The notes: generated from the letters alone by a model not told the origin. A DNA stretch of 50,679 nucleotides from an uncultured Alphaproteobacteria bacterium (GCA_913061155.1 CAJXSI010000005.1:1-50679), one strand, 5' to 3'. Positions 20,054 to 30,786 are shown, counted from the first letter of the stretch. Translations and numbers: made by a program.

Positions 20054-21870
20054 GCCTTTTACAAATTCACGAACCAGGAAAAACCCCCCAACCCCACGAA
20101 GAAAAATCTGTTGCCATAGGCATAGATCTGGGGACCACAAATTCTGTTGTCGGTTTTGCCGATGAAAAGGGGGTCCGCATCCTTTCCATTGATGGGCACA
20201 ATCTTGTCCCGTCTGCCGTTGGGATCAAAGATAAAAACTTTGTTATTGGAAAGGATGCCCTTAAACTAAGGGACAGTAATCCGCAGGATGTGATCACGTC
20301 TATTAAACGCTTGATAAGTTCAAGTGCAAAAGAAATTCCTTACTTTAATCATAAAATTGAAAACAAGGAACAAGATGCCATGGCTCTTGTAAAACTGGAG
20401 GATCAAATCCTAAACCCTGTTCACCTTTCCTCAGAAATCCTAAAATATTTAAAAAACAAGGTAAATGACAAAGTTGAAAATCAGATAAATCAATGTGTTA
20501 TCACCGTTCCGGCTTATTTCCCAGAATCTGCCCGTGTTGCAACAAAAGATGCTGCAAAGCTGGCTGGACTGGATGTTTTGCGTTTAATCAGTGAACCCAC
20601 AGCCGCCGCGCTTGCTTATAATCTGGATGAAGCAAAGGAAGGGTATTATCTGGTTTATGACCTTGGTGGGGGAACCTTTGATATCACCCTACTAAAGATG
20701 TCAAAAGGGGTTTTTCAAGTTATTGCAACAGGTGGAAACACCAGTATTGGTGGGGATGACATAGATTTTGAAATCGCCCATAACTTCAGTCAAAATCTTA
20801 AAGACCTTTCCCAATCTGGGCAGAAAAAATTACTGCAAATTTCAAAAGAGGCCAAAGAATTTTTATCGCAGAATCCTGATCGTTTGTGGAAAAATGGCAA
20901 ATATAAACTGTCTTATAATGACTTAGAAAAATTAAGTGAAAAAATTGTCAGTACAACAATTAAGGGGGTTAAAAACACCCTTATAGATGCAAAAATTACA
21001 GAAATATCAGATATTAATGAAATAATTCTTGTGGGGGGGTCAACCCGACTTCCCAGCATAAAAAATGCCTTAAAGGATTATTTTTCCAAAGAACCCTTGT
21101 GTTCAATTAATCCAGATGAGGTTGTTGCTTTGGGTGCCGCCCTTCAGGCACGTGCTTTAACTCATGGTAGTGATAAGTTACTTTTGGATGTAACGCCTTT
21201 ATCCCTGGGGCTTGAAACCATGGGGGGCATGATTGAAAAAGTAATCCCCAGAAATTCTGCCATTCCGTGTTCCATTGCCCAGGAATTCACAACTTATCAA
21301 GATGGCCAAAATGCTTTGTCGATCCATGTTTTACAAGGGGAACGGGAAATGGTCGATCAATGCCAATCCCTTGGTAAATTCATTCTTAAAGGTATCCCCC
21401 CAATGTCTGCAGGGATGGCCCGTATCCTTGTTACCTTTACATTGGATGCAGATGGTCTTTTGTCTGTCACAGCAAGGGAAAAAACCACGGGCATTCAGCA
21501 ATCCATCCACATAAAACCATCTTATGGGCTCTCCCATGAACAAATGGCAACCATGCTTAAAGAATCCTACGAACATGCAGAAGAAGATGTGAAACAGCGC
21601 CTGTTAACTGAAGCCTGTGTTGACGCACAACAAATTTTAAATGTCTTAACAACAGCGTTGGAAAATGATCGCGACTTGCTGTCGGAGGCAGAGTTCGACC
21701 AAATCAGAACCACAAGCAATGAACTTGCTGCCTTGCTTGAACACCCTGCCTTAGAAGACCGCAATAAGGTTGTCGGGGTCACAAAAAATCTTGAATCTTT
21801 AACACAAGAATTTGCCGAACGCCGCATCAACAAAGCGGTGAACAAAGCTTTGAAGGGGTCAGAAATTTAA
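20050..21870 (+). CDS. hscA: Fe-S chaperone HscA (Hsp70)
   Basis: MSLLQIHEPG, GIDLGTTNS, DLGGGTFD, LLLDVTPLSLGLETMGG, KPSYGL. Confidence 0.95.
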   Translation: MSLLQIHEPGKTPQPHEEKSVAIGIDLGTTNSVVGFADEKGVRILSIDGHNLVPSAVGIKDKNFVIGKDALKLRDSNPQDVITSIKRLISSSAKEIPYFNHKIENKEQDAMALVKLEDQILNPVHLSSEILKYLKNKVNDKVENQINQCVITVPAYFPESARVATKDAAKLAGLDVLRLISEPTAAALAYNLDEAKEGYYLVYDLGGGTFDITLLKMSKGVFQVIATGGNTSIGGDDIDFEIAHNFSQNLKDLSQSGQKKLLQISKEAKEFLSQNPDRLWKNGKYKLSYNDLEKLSEKIVSTTIKGVKNTLIDAKITEISDINEIILVGGSTRLPSIKNALKDYFSKEPLCSINPDEVVALGAALQARALTHGSDKLLLDVTPLSLGLETMGGMIEKVIPRNSAIPCSIAQEFTTYQDGQNALSIHVLQGEREMVDQCQSLGKFILKGIPPMSAGMARILVTFTLDADGLLSVTAREKTTGIQQSIHIKPSYGLSHEQMATMLKESYEHAEEDVKQRLLTEACVDAQQILNVLTTALENDRDLLSEAEFDQIRTTSNELAALLEHPALEDRNKVVGVTKNLESLTQEFAERRINKAVNKALKGSEI

Positions 21871-21981
21871 TCCCCTTAAGAAAATTGGTTTTTTAGGTTG
21901 GCGCCGCAAACCCCATTTTTCTATAAATTCTGACATAAAGTATGTTGCTGAAGATTTAGAATTTCTGCAAGAAATCTACGC

Positions 21982-23496
21982 TTATTCCTTATCTTTCAAC
22001 ATTGGGTCGATGGCGATAAAGATCTGATGCCCATCACGATACAGTTTTAACAAAATTGGCTGTTCACAATTTTCTGTTAAAGCTTTGGTTAATTCTGCAT
22101 CTAATTCTTTCATTTCTGTCACTGCCTTGGTGTTAACTTCCATGACAACATCGCCGTTCATTATGGTGAATTTAGCCGCCAAGCCTGCATCTTTCACGTC
22201 AGCAATCAAAACACCCACAATCTTTGGATCGGTTACTTCAAATCGTTGGCGGAATTGCGGCGTTAGGTTTGTAAAGGCAAATTCCAGTTTGTCATTATAA
22301 ACGGTATCTTCGCGTTGAACTTTAAGTTTGCGCACTTCTTTAAAATCTTCATGGCTTTTATATTCTTGAACAATTGTTTTAAGATCTTGTTCTTTGCCAT
22401 CACGAATGACTTTAATAATAATTTCTTTGCCAATTTTAATATTGGAAACAACGCGCGGAAGGTCATTAAAGCCTTTAATATCCTTACCATCCACTTTCAA
22501 AATAATATCCCCAATTAACAAACCAGCATCCATGGCCGGCCCATCGATTGTTACACCCGTAACCATTGCCCCTTCTGGCTTATCTAACTTATAATATTTT
22601 GCAATTTCTTTACTGATGCTTTGGATCTGCACCCCAATCCAAGAGCGACGAACCTTCCCATGTTCAATTATGTTATTTGTGACACGTTTTGCGATTTTGG
22701 ATGGCACAGCAAATCCCATTGATTCAGCTTTACCCATCGGGGTTAAAATCGTTGCTGTGTTAATACCAACAACTTCGCCTTTTACATTTGTTAAAGGACC
22801 CCCAGAATTTCCTGGATTAATGGCTGCCTCGGTCTGTATAAACCCTTCGACATGCACATTTTTTTTGCTGACACGAATCTTTGGTGTGGCCAAATCACGC
22901 GCAACAAAGGAGACAACCCCCGTGGTTAATGTCCCCCCAAACCCATGCGGATTCCCAAGGGCCAGCACCCATTCCCCCAAACGTAACTTGGTGGAATCCC
23001 CCCATTTAAGGGGCGTAATATTTTTATCCGTTTCAATTTTTAAAACGGCCGTATCTGTACTTAAATCTTTGCCGACTATTTCTGCTTCAATAATTGTTTC
23101 ATCTGATAAAACAACTTTTACTTGAATGGCATCTTCAATATTGTGGGCATTGGTAACAATATAATAAGTTTTACCTTCTTTTTTTATGACAAACCCAGAT
23201 CCCAAAGCCCCCACACGCCTTGGCGCATTAATCAACGCTGTGCCAAAAATATCTTTTTTAGAATCAAAAAACAGATTTTGCGTTCGGTCAATCATAGCCC
23301 CCTCATCAGGGATTAAACTGACTGTCGCAATGTTCACCACTGAATCATTAATTTTGGCAGCAATTTCAGAAAACCCCCCTTTATAAAAACTGCTGGGGGT
23401 AATATTACTGACAGCGTAAAATGAATAGGTTCCAAAACCACCTAAGATTAAGGCCGTTAAAAAGACAATGACACGATTTCGCATTAATTTTCCCAT
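21982..23496 (-). CDS. DegP/DegQ (Do-family) serine protease with two PDZ domains
   Basis: GSGF, TNAH, AAINPGNSGGPL, WIGVQIQ; downstream of hflKC. Confidence 0.93.
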   Translation of the reverse strand: MGKLMRNRVIVFLTALILGGFGTYSFYAVSNITPSSFYKGGFSEIAAKINDSVVNIATVSLIPDEGAMIDRTQNLFFDSKKDIFGTALINAPRRVGALGSGFVIKKEGKTYYIVTNAHNIEDAIQVKVVLSDETIIEAEIVGKDLSTDTAVLKIETDKNITPLKWGDSTKLRLGEWVLALGNPHGFGGTLTTGVVSFVARDLATPKIRVSKKNVHVEGFIQTEAAINPGNSGGPLTNVKGEVVGINTATILTPMGKAESMGFAVPSKIAKRVTNNIIEHGKVRRSWIGVQIQSISKEIAKYYKLDKPEGAMVTGVTIDGPAMDAGLLIGDIILKVDGKDIKGFNDLPRVVSNIKIGKEIIIKVIRDGKEQDLKTIVQEYKSHEDFKEVRKLKVQREDTVYNDKLEFAFTNLTPQFRQRFEVTDPKIVGVLIADVKDAGLAAKFTIMNGDVVMEVNTKAVTEMKELDAELTKALTENCEQPILLKLYRDGHQIFIAIDPMLKDKE

Positions 23497-23501
23497 AAAA
23501 A

Positions 23502-24365
23502 TTATTTACTGTTTTTAAATGTATTCAAAAAATCCCCAGAATCAGGTGACAAAATATAACTTGTGTTTTCTGGTTTTAAAGATTTTTCATAGGCTTGTAA
23601 TGATCGATAAAATTCAAAAAAGTTTTTATCTTTAGCGTAAGCATCCGCATATATTTTGGCTGATTTCCCTTCCCCTTCACCACGTGATATTTTTGCATCT
23701 TTATCAGCATTGGCCAGGATAATTGCTTTTTCCCGATCTGCATTGGCGCGAATTTCTTCGCCTCTTTGACGTCCTAAGGCACGTTTTTTCTTTGCAATAC
23801 GGGCCCGTTCTGATTCCATTCTTTTAAAGACAGCTTGGCTGTTTTGTTCGGGCAAATCCACGCGACGAATACGAACATCAATAATTTTTATGCCCATACT
23901 TTCAACAGATTTTGCCACATCTTTTTGTACTTTCGCCATAATTTCATGGCGATTTTCAGAAAGCATTTCTTCAAAACTTGTCTGTCCCAAAATACCCCGC
24001 AAGGAAGAAGTTATCATGGCACTTAAACGAACCTTGGCTTGGGTTTCGTTTGTCAGCCTTTGATAAAACTGTAATGGATCTTCGATAATATATCGTGTAT
24101 AGGCATCAACGACCAAACGTCCTTTATCACTTGAAATAATTTGTTCTGGCGGTGTTGTATGCGCCAAAATGCGTTTATCATAAATTTGCAATGTTTCAAT
24201 AAAGGGTATTTTAAGATGCAATCCAGGTTCTTTAACCGTCCGTTTAGGTTCCCCAAACTGCAAAACCAACCCTTGAGTTGTGGGTGTAATGGTATAAAAT
24301 ATTTCTGTAATTAAAAATAATCCCAGAACTGCAGCAATAAGAAGTCCAACTAATGCCTTATTCAT
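23502..24365 (-). CDS. hflC: FtsH modulator HflC
   Basis: SPFH domain, PGLHLKIPF, DVRIRRVDLP, FFEFYRSLQAY. Confidence 0.93.
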   Translation of the reverse strand: MNKALVGLLIAAVLGLFLITEIFYTITPTTQGLVLQFGEPKRTVKEPGLHLKIPFIETLQIYDKRILAHTTPPEQIISSDKGRLVVDAYTRYIIEDPLQFYQRLTNETQAKVRLSAMITSSLRGILGQTSFEEMLSENRHEIMAKVQKDVAKSVESMGIKIIDVRIRRVDLPEQNSQAVFKRMESERARIAKKKRALGRQRGEEIRANADREKAIILANADKDAKISRGEGEGKSAKIYADAYAKDKNFFEFYRSLQAYEKSLKPENTSYILSPDSGDFLNTFKNSK

Positions 24366-25395
24366 TTTTGCCCCCTTTCTTCAAAGCAGGTAACTGCATA
24401 TGCGGCAGAACCCCTTGATTTTTACTACTCATAACTATTTTTTCAGCCTTTTCTAAAACATGCTCCATTGTTTCATTATAAAGTCTTTTCTTCATAATTT
24501 CTGGGTGCTTTTTATATTCTTTTAAGACGGCCAAAAACTGACTTGCTGACCCTTCGGCTTCTGCGATAACGGCCTCTTTATACCCTTTTGCAGCGGCAAT
24601 AATTTTTGCAGCTTCCCCTCGGGCTTTGGGCAAAACATCGTTGGCATAAGCTTCGGCCTGGTTAATATAACGTTCCCGGTCAGAATCTGCCCGTAATGCT
24701 TCATAAAAGGCATCAACAACTTGTTCTGGGGGGTCAACGTTCTTTAAGTTTACTTCTGTAATGTAAACCCCTGCCCCATATTCATCCAATAATTCTTGTA
24801 ATTTCTTTTTCACAATTGTTTCGATTTCAACACGACCTTCGGAAAAAGTTGTGTCAATAGGCATTTGACCAACCGTATCACGCATAACACTTTCTGCTGC
24901 CTGTTTAATGGTTGTTTGGGTGTCACGTATGTGAAACAAAAATGCAATAGGGTCTTTAATACGCCATTGAACAACAAAGCTTAAATCAACAATATTGCGA
25001 TCCCCTGTTAAAATCATGCTTTCTTCTTTGGAACCAAAGCCAATATTAATTTGATTTGTTACCGTGATTTTTGGTTTTAAAACCTTGTCCACAGGGGAAG
25101 GAAGGTGATAGTGCCAACCGGCCTCTGTTGTTTCAACCCATTTCCCAAAGCGCAGAACAATCCCTTGTTCATCAGGATTAACCTGGTAAAAACCACTTAA
25201 AAGCCATCCACCAATTAAAAAGACGCCCAAGATCATACCTATAGAACGCATATCATTCGGATCTTTGTTAAAGAATGAATTTAAATTGAATTCAGGTTTT
25301 TCAGACGAAGACTTTCTTGAGGGCTGTTGAACTTGATCTTGTTCAGATTCATCCCCCCATGGTCCTGAATTTTTGAAAATATCTGTAATTTTCAT
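24358..25395 (-). CDS. hflK: FtsH modulator HflK
   Basis: GPWG, VLRFGK, ILTGDRNIV, VDPPEQVVDAF, PKARGEA. Confidence 0.93.
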   Translation of the reverse strand: MKITDIFKNSGPWGDESEQDQVQQPSRKSSSEKPEFNLNSFFNKDPNDMRSIGMILGVFLIGGWLLSGFYQVNPDEQGIVLRFGKWVETTEAGWHYHLPSPVDKVLKPKITVTNQINIGFGSKEESMILTGDRNIVDLSFVVQWRIKDPIAFLFHIRDTQTTIKQAAESVMRDTVGQMPIDTTFSEGRVEIETIVKKKLQELLDEYGAGVYITEVNLKNVDPPEQVVDAFYEALRADSDRERYINQAEAYANDVLPKARGEAAKIIAAAKGYKEAVIAEAEGSASQFLAVLKEYKKHPEIMKKRLYNETMEHVLEKAEKIVMSSKNQGVLPHMQLPALKKGGKNE

Positions 25396-25466
25396 GGGAA
25401 ACCTTTCATTTTGTTGTTACTTTAAGTTATAAGAAAATTTAAAGCAACCAAACTTTTTGAAATTTT

Positions 25467-26462
25467 ATGTTAGAAAAAAAACTTCTTACCCTATTAGAAA
25501 ACATTATTGACCCAACCTGTCAAAAAGATATTTTATCTGCCGGGTTAATTAAAAAACTTATCTTGGAAAAGGGGGTTGCCCATTATATTTTGGAAATCCA
25601 ACCCCAACACAAAGAAATTGCGTCTTCCCTTGAAACACAAATAAAAACCAAACTTATTCAACATTCTGATATTCAAAGCGTCAAAGGCATTACAACCCTT
25701 CAGTCAAAACCAAAGACCCAAACCAAAGAAAAAATTACCCTACCCTCCGTCAAGAAAATTATTGCTGTGGCCTCGGGGAAAGGCGGCGTTGGAAAATCAA
25801 CTGTGGCGGTTAACATTGCCTGCACCCTGGCTGAAAAAGGGTTCAAGGTGGGCATTATTGATTTGGATATTTATGGGCCATCCCTTCACCTTTTGTTGGG
25901 CATCGACGCAAAACCAGCCTTAAAAAATAATAAAATTGTCCCCATAGAAAAATACGGTATGCACTGTATTTCCATGGGCTTTATGATGGATAAAGACATA
26001 CCCGTTATTTGGCGGGGACCGATGGTTCAATCAGCCGTTAAACAGTTATTCCAAGATGTTTTGTGGCCAGATCTTGATTTTCTGATTGCCGACCTTCCGC
26101 CTGGAACTGGGGATGTTCAACTGACGCTTGCCCAATCCATTCCTTTAACGGGCGCCATTATTGTGACAACCCCCCAAGATTTGGCCTTGGCAGATGCCAT
26201 GAAAGGCCTTGAGATGTTCAAAAAAATGAATGTGCCAATTCTTGGGCTTGTTGAGAATATGAGTCATTTTGAATGCCCCCATTGTCATGAAAGCCTTGAC
26301 ATATTCGGGAAAACATCTTACCTACGGTCACAGGTAAATGTTATGGGAAAGATTCCTTTAGAGATAGGCATCAATCAATCACAAAAGGCAGGAACCCCTG
26401 CTGTTCTACAAAATTCCCATATCAAAAATATTTTTGATACCATTTGCACCCCCTTAGTATAG
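25467..26462 (+). CDS. mrp: Mrp/ApbC (NBP35-family) Fe-S carrier ATPase
   Basis: ASGKGGVGKST, WRGPM, DLPPGTGD, VTTPQ, ENMS..CPHC. Confidence 0.94.
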   Translation: MLEKKLLTLLENIIDPTCQKDILSAGLIKKLILEKGVAHYILEIQPQHKEIASSLETQIKTKLIQHSDIQSVKGITTLQSKPKTQTKEKITLPSVKKIIAVASGKGGVGKSTVAVNIACTLAEKGFKVGIIDLDIYGPSLHLLLGIDAKPALKNNKIVPIEKYGMHCISMGFMMDKDIPVIWRGPMVQSAVKQLFQDVLWPDLDFLIADLPPGTGDVQLTLAQSIPLTGAIIVTTPQDLALADAMKGLEMFKKMNVPILGLVENMSHFECPHCHESLDIFGKTSYLRSQVNVMGKIPLEIGINQSQKAGTPAVLQNSHIKNIFDTICTPLV

Positions 26463-26503
26463 TATTATTAAACAAGTAAAAAACGGATAAGAAAGAGATA
26501 AAG

Positions 26504-27538
26504 ATGAGAGAATTACTATATATCGCTACATTATTAGTGGTGTCCAATGAATCAATTTCTGCAGCTGGCGAAGTTCCTGTTACAGAATCCCGCGGCTTTT
26601 TTTCAAGAATTGGTAGAGGTATTGCCAAATGTTGTTGTGGCGGTAACCCCGATGCCTTGGCGGCTGCCTCTCGGCCAACAAGAGTCGCTGAAGATGCGCC
26701 TGCACACACCCCAGAACCTAAACCATTTAACAGATCAAGGGGAACCAGAGGCCTTCCCTCAGCTGGGACAGAAGAAAACTCCCCCGAAAGTACGGTTGCC
26801 GGTTCTTCTTCTTCAAAATTGACAGAAAGGGCATCCCCTGGAAGAATACCTGCCAGTTCTATAAGGAACATTCTTTTGAAGGTTCGCCCCCGAACACCAA
26901 GCGATATAAGCGATATAACAGAACCACAAGCTGCTGCCGCTGCAGCAGGGACACCTGGATCTGTCGCTCCAAGAGTTGGCGATAGAAACCCAAAAACTCT
27001 TCGGGCAGCACAAGCAGCTTGTGGACAGGAACATAGGCGTCGTATTCAAGAAGCTTCTGTGCGTGTCCTTCCTCCTGAGGTGCTTGCAGCCCTTGATGGC
27101 GTGCCCCATCAATCTATGCTAGCAGGACAGACACCTGCATTTTCAGATGATGAAAACAGTGATGCCGGCGATGATCACAGAAGGCAAGCTTGGGAGAAAT
27201 CTGAAGAAGAAGAAGTAAGACCTGCCGAACCTGCCGGTAAGGGTCGTGAATATCCAGTACAAGCAACCATTACCCAATTAGCTGATGCTGCGGCTGGGTT
27301 ACATGGTCCTGCGGCTGAATTACCTGGTCCTGCAGATGATAATAGCCAAGACGAGGACCCCCTTGCCTTACCTGTTGGACAAAATTCTATTTCAACAGAG
27401 GGATCTTTTTTCTCCGATGCCTCTGTTGAAACTTCTAATACCTCTGTAAAGACTACTGCTATCCCAGAATTTGTTGGTCCGTCAACAGGGCCGGGGGCTG
27501 CAGTTTTTACTGAAGATTCTATCCATAGCATGGAATAA
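26504..27538 (+). CDS. Hypothetical exported, low-complexity (probably disordered) protein
   Basis: 344 aa ORF, signal-like N-terminus ending ISA, rich in A/P/S/E/G. Confidence 0.7.
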   Translation: MRELLYIATLLVVSNESISAAGEVPVTESRGFFSRIGRGIAKCCCGGNPDALAAASRPTRVAEDAPAHTPEPKPFNRSRGTRGLPSAGTEENSPESTVAGSSSSKLTERASPGRIPASSIRNILLKVRPRTPSDISDITEPQAAAAAAGTPGSVAPRVGDRNPKTLRAAQAACGQEHRRRIQEASVRVLPPEVLAALDGVPHQSMLAGQTPAFSDDENSDAGDDHRRQAWEKSEEEEVRPAEPAGKGREYPVQATITQLADAAAGLHGPAAELPGPADDNSQDEDPLALPVGQNSISTEGSFFSDASVETSNTSVKTTAIPEFVGPSTGPGAAVFTEDSIHSME

Positions 27539-27568
27539 TTTGGGTTTAAAAGTCCGTTAAAGAATTTT

Positions 27569-29104
27569 TTAATCAGAAAGAATTTCTGGCAGATTCTTTG
27601 GCTGTTTTTTATGGGGGTTTTTCAGAAAGATAACAAAAGGAATCGATAAAATAACAACCCACATCATCAAAGCAAAATCATTTAAATAAGCAATTGTTGC
27701 GGCTTGTTTATTGATTTGTGAATCAATCATAAAAAGCCCCATAGCAGAGATACTTGATAAAGTTTGATCAAAATAATTTTCCATAAGCCCAACATTAAAG
27801 GGGGTTATATTTTCAGCTAAATATGAATGATTCATCTGACGGCCGGTACTGACTAAGGTCATAACAACAGAAACGCCGATGCTGCTTCCTAAGTTACGCA
27901 TTAGGCTAAATAATCCAGCTGCTTCGGTTCGATACTGTTGGTCTAAAGTTGCAAATGAAATTGTACTTAGGGGCACAAAAATCAACCCAAGCCCAAGCCC
28001 TTGAAAAAACCCTGTTTTAATTATTAAGAATGTCGGAACAAAACTATTAAACCCTGTCATTTCCCACAAAGAAACAGCAATAAGAATCAATCCTGTTACA
28101 ATTAATATACGGGGATCAATTCTTGAAGAAATCTGCCCAACAATAAACATGGAAATCATTGTTCCCAATCCCCGCGGCGCCATTGTTAACCCCACATCGA
28201 TAACGGGATATCCCATAATACTTTGCATATACGGCGGCAACAAAGCAATCGTTGCCAAAAGAATAATGCCGACAAAAAAGATAAAGAAAATTCCTGTCAT
28301 AAAATTCCGATCTAAGAAAATTTCAGGGCTTAAAAAAGGATGTTTGGCATATTTTGAATGCACGATAAAAATCCAAAAAGCAGCCAGGCCAGACCCCACA
28401 TAAATTATAATTTCCTTGGACTGAAACCAGTCTACCTGTTCGCCTCTATCTAAAACTAATTGAAGGCATCCAATCGTGATGGAAAGCATCCAAAACCCAA
28501 GCGTATCAAAAGGGCGTTCTTGCCGATCTGTTTCTGTCATAAAAGTTAGAATGCCTAAAAAGGAAATAATCCCCACAGGTACATTAATATAAAATACCCA
28601 GCGCCAACTATAATACTCGGTTAAATATCCCCCTAATGTAGGGCCAAGTATGGGCGCAAGCATAATGCCAACCCCCCACATTGCCATTGCAGAAGTATGT
28701 TTTTCTTTTGGATTAATATCCAAAAGCGTCGCCTGAGACAGGGGAACAAGGGCCGCCCCAAACACCCCCTGGAATAAACGAAAAACAACCATTTCTTCAA
28801 TTGAAGTTGCCATTCCGCAAAGAATCGAGGTTAAAGTAAACCCTGTAATTGAAACAAGAAATATATTTTTACGCCCATATCGTCCAGTTAACCAGCCTGT
28901 TGCAGGCGTCATAATGGCCGATGCCACAATATAAGAAGTCAACACCCACGTAACTTGATCCTGGGTAGACGATAAACTTCCCTGCATATGTGGCAAAGCA
29001 ACATTGGCAATTGTCGTGTCTAAAACTTGCATAATGGTTGCCAACATCACAGAGACAGTGATAAGCCCCTTATTTGCAACAGGTATGTACCCAGAAGATG
29101 ACAT
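27569..29104 (-). CDS. emrB: DHA2/EmrB-QacA MFS efflux permease
   Basis: MQVLDTTIANVALP, WVLTSY, GPTLGG, WRWVFYINVP, RNLGSSIG. Confidence 0.9.
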   Translation of the reverse strand: MSSSGYIPVANKGLITVSVMLATIMQVLDTTIANVALPHMQGSLSSTQDQVTWVLTSYIVASAIMTPATGWLTGRYGRKNIFLVSITGFTLTSILCGMATSIEEMVVFRLFQGVFGAALVPLSQATLLDINPKEKHTSAMAMWGVGIMLAPILGPTLGGYLTEYYSWRWVFYINVPVGIISFLGILTFMTETDRQERPFDTLGFWMLSITIGCLQLVLDRGEQVDWFQSKEIIIYVGSGLAAFWIFIVHSKYAKHPFLSPEIFLDRNFMTGIFFIFFVGIILLATIALLPPYMQSIMGYPVIDVGLTMAPRGLGTMISMFIVGQISSRIDPRILIVTGLILIAVSLWEMTGFNSFVPTFLIIKTGFFQGLGLGLIFVPLSTISFATLDQQYRTEAAGLFSLMRNLGSSIGVSVVMTLVSTGRQMNHSYLAENITPFNVGLMENYFDQTLSSISAMGLFMIDSQINKQAATIAYLNDFALMMWVVILSIPFVIFLKNPHKKQPKNLPEILSD

Positions 29105-29108
29105 GATT

Positions 29109-30149
29109 TTAAGATCCAAACCATCGACCAATACGGTTATGCACCGTATCTATTGTCACATAAGAACTCATCCCTGCGATTAAGTTTGGCCTATCTTTTT
29201 GACTTTCAAATTTAAGGTGAACCATAATGCGTTGCACAACCTTTACCCAATTGCCAGATGCATTTTGAGGCGGCAAAATTGAAAATTCAGACCCCGTTGC
29301 AGGTGTTATACTTATAACATCTGCTTTAAATTTTTTACCTGGATAAGCATCAATTTCAACCATGGCTGTTTGCCCTGGCGTTACATATGTAAGGTCGGTT
29401 TCTTTTAAATTTGCCTCTATCCATATGTTTTTATTATCCATAATGCTGAACAAAGGCCGTCCCGACAGGACATATTCCCCAGTTTCCATTTTTACATTAC
29501 TTGTTATGCCATCAAGGGGGGAAACGACCGTTGTTCTTTCCAAATCAAGTTTGGCCTTATCTAAGGATGCAACGGCCTGTTTGTAATCTGGATGATCTTC
29601 AACAGCGATCGTTGGGCACCCATTAAGACGGGCTAGAATAATAGATAATTCATATTTTTTAGAGGCTTCTTCTTCCAAAGATAAACGCCATTGATGTTTT
29701 ACTTTATCCGCCTTTGCAACAGAAACGGCTTTTGTCTTTTTAAGTGTTTGATAGCGTTTTTCTTCCTGTGTCCAATACCGCACGTCTTCTTGTGTTTTAG
29801 TTAATTCAGATAATTTTAAATAATATTCTGCGCGGATGCTTTCTATATTATTTTGAACTTTAGATAGATTTTCTTTTGCTTGCCTAACAGCTATTTCATA
29901 AGGCTGTGGATCAATGGTCAGCAAGACCTGTCCCTTTTCCACGAACTGATTGTCTTGAATATTGACGTGGATAACCTTTCCTGAAACTTCTGCTACAAGC
30001 AAAATTCTATGTGCCTTTAAATAAGCATTATCCGTTGAAACATAACGGCCCCCTGTTGTGTAGAAATAGATCGCGGCCAACACGATAATTATTGGAACAG
30101 AAAATAATAAAATGTGTTTCTTTTTTTTTAATTCAAATAATCGTTTCAT
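29109..30149 (-). CDS. emrA: HlyD/EmrA membrane fusion protein
   Basis: STDNAY, ANLKET, ATGSEFSILPPQNASGNWVKVVQR. Confidence 0.92.
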   Translation of the reverse strand: MKRLFELKKKKHILLFSVPIIIVLAAIYFYTTGGRYVSTDNAYLKAHRILLVAEVSGKVIHVNIQDNQFVEKGQVLLTIDPQPYEIAVRQAKENLSKVQNNIESIRAEYYLKLSELTKTQEDVRYWTQEEKRYQTLKKTKAVSVAKADKVKHQWRLSLEEEASKKYELSIILARLNGCPTIAVEDHPDYKQAVASLDKAKLDLERTTVVSPLDGITSNVKMETGEYVLSGRPLFSIMDNKNIWIEANLKETDLTYVTPGQTAMVEIDAYPGKKFKADVISITPATGSEFSILPPQNASGNWVKVVQRIMVHLKFESQKDRPNLIAGMSSYVTIDTVHNRIGRWFGS

Positions 30150-30167
30150 AATGTTTTTCCTATAATA

Positions 30168-30596
30168 TTATTTAGACAAGTTTGATCTAACTTTAAGCAA
30201 TATTGATTTAAGCTGTTCTTGTTCTTCTATGGTTATATTCTTGAAGGCAACTTTTCTAACTTTTTGACCGATCAATTGCATTTGATTGATAACAGCGTCA
30301 ACTTTATCCGTTAAAAAAAGTTTCTTGGCACGTCTATCAAGTACGTCATCCTGTCGTTCAACCCATCCAGATGCCTCCAGACGATCAATCAGTCGGGCCA
30401 ATGTTATAGGCGCAACATCCAATAATTCTGCCAAGTCTATTTGGCGTATCCCATTATTGGTATATAAATAGGCTATTGCTGACCATTGAGCCCTGGTTAA
30501 TCCTGCAGATTTGGCTTGTTTATCAAAGTTATTTCTTTGAAGCCGTGCCACATCATTAAGAATGAATCCAATACTTTGATTCGGGTCAAATTTCAA
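30168..30596 (-). CDS. MarR/SlyA-family regulator
   Basis: GLTRAQW, LARLIDRLE..GWVER..DRRAK; TTG start with GAAGGA RBS. Confidence 0.92.
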   Translation of the reverse strand: MKFDPNQSIGFILNDVARLQRNNFDKQAKSAGLTRAQWSAIAYLYTNNGIRQIDLAELLDVAPITLARLIDRLEASGWVERQDDVLDRRAKKLFLTDKVDAVINQMQLIGQKVRKVAFKNITIEEQEQLKSILLKVRSNLSK

Positions 30597-30641
30597 TTTA
30601 ATTTCCTTCTAAAATAAAAACTTTACAATATAATACTTATT

Positions 30642-30655
30642 ATAAGCAAGCTTAT
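30642..30655. promoter_or_regulatory. MarR/SlyA-type palindromic operator candidate
   Basis: ATAAGC-AA-GCTTAT just upstream of the MarR gene. Confidence 0.6.
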
Positions 30656-30688
30656 CAATAGGCCCTGCCTTAAATTTTACAAAAACTA

Positions 30689-30732
30689 AGCAAGATTGGT
30701 TGATGGTTAATAATTTTTAAACCAATCTTGCT
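30689..30732 (-). terminator. 13-bp perfect inverted repeat, likely terminator of sulP-usp
   Basis: AGCAAGATTGGTT-N18-AACCAATCTTGCT, with a T-rich tail on the minus strand. Confidence 0.55.
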
Positions 30733-30786
30733 ATCGTTTTTTAAGGATGATTTAGCAGCAGCCAAACTTAAGACTTACTGGATACT

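Noticed and set aside
22616-23125. Long antisense ORFs (e.g. 22616-23125, 26422-26871, 45428-45871) and other short overlapping ORFs
   Set aside because: They lie opposite or inside better-supported genes and show no motifs or RBS.
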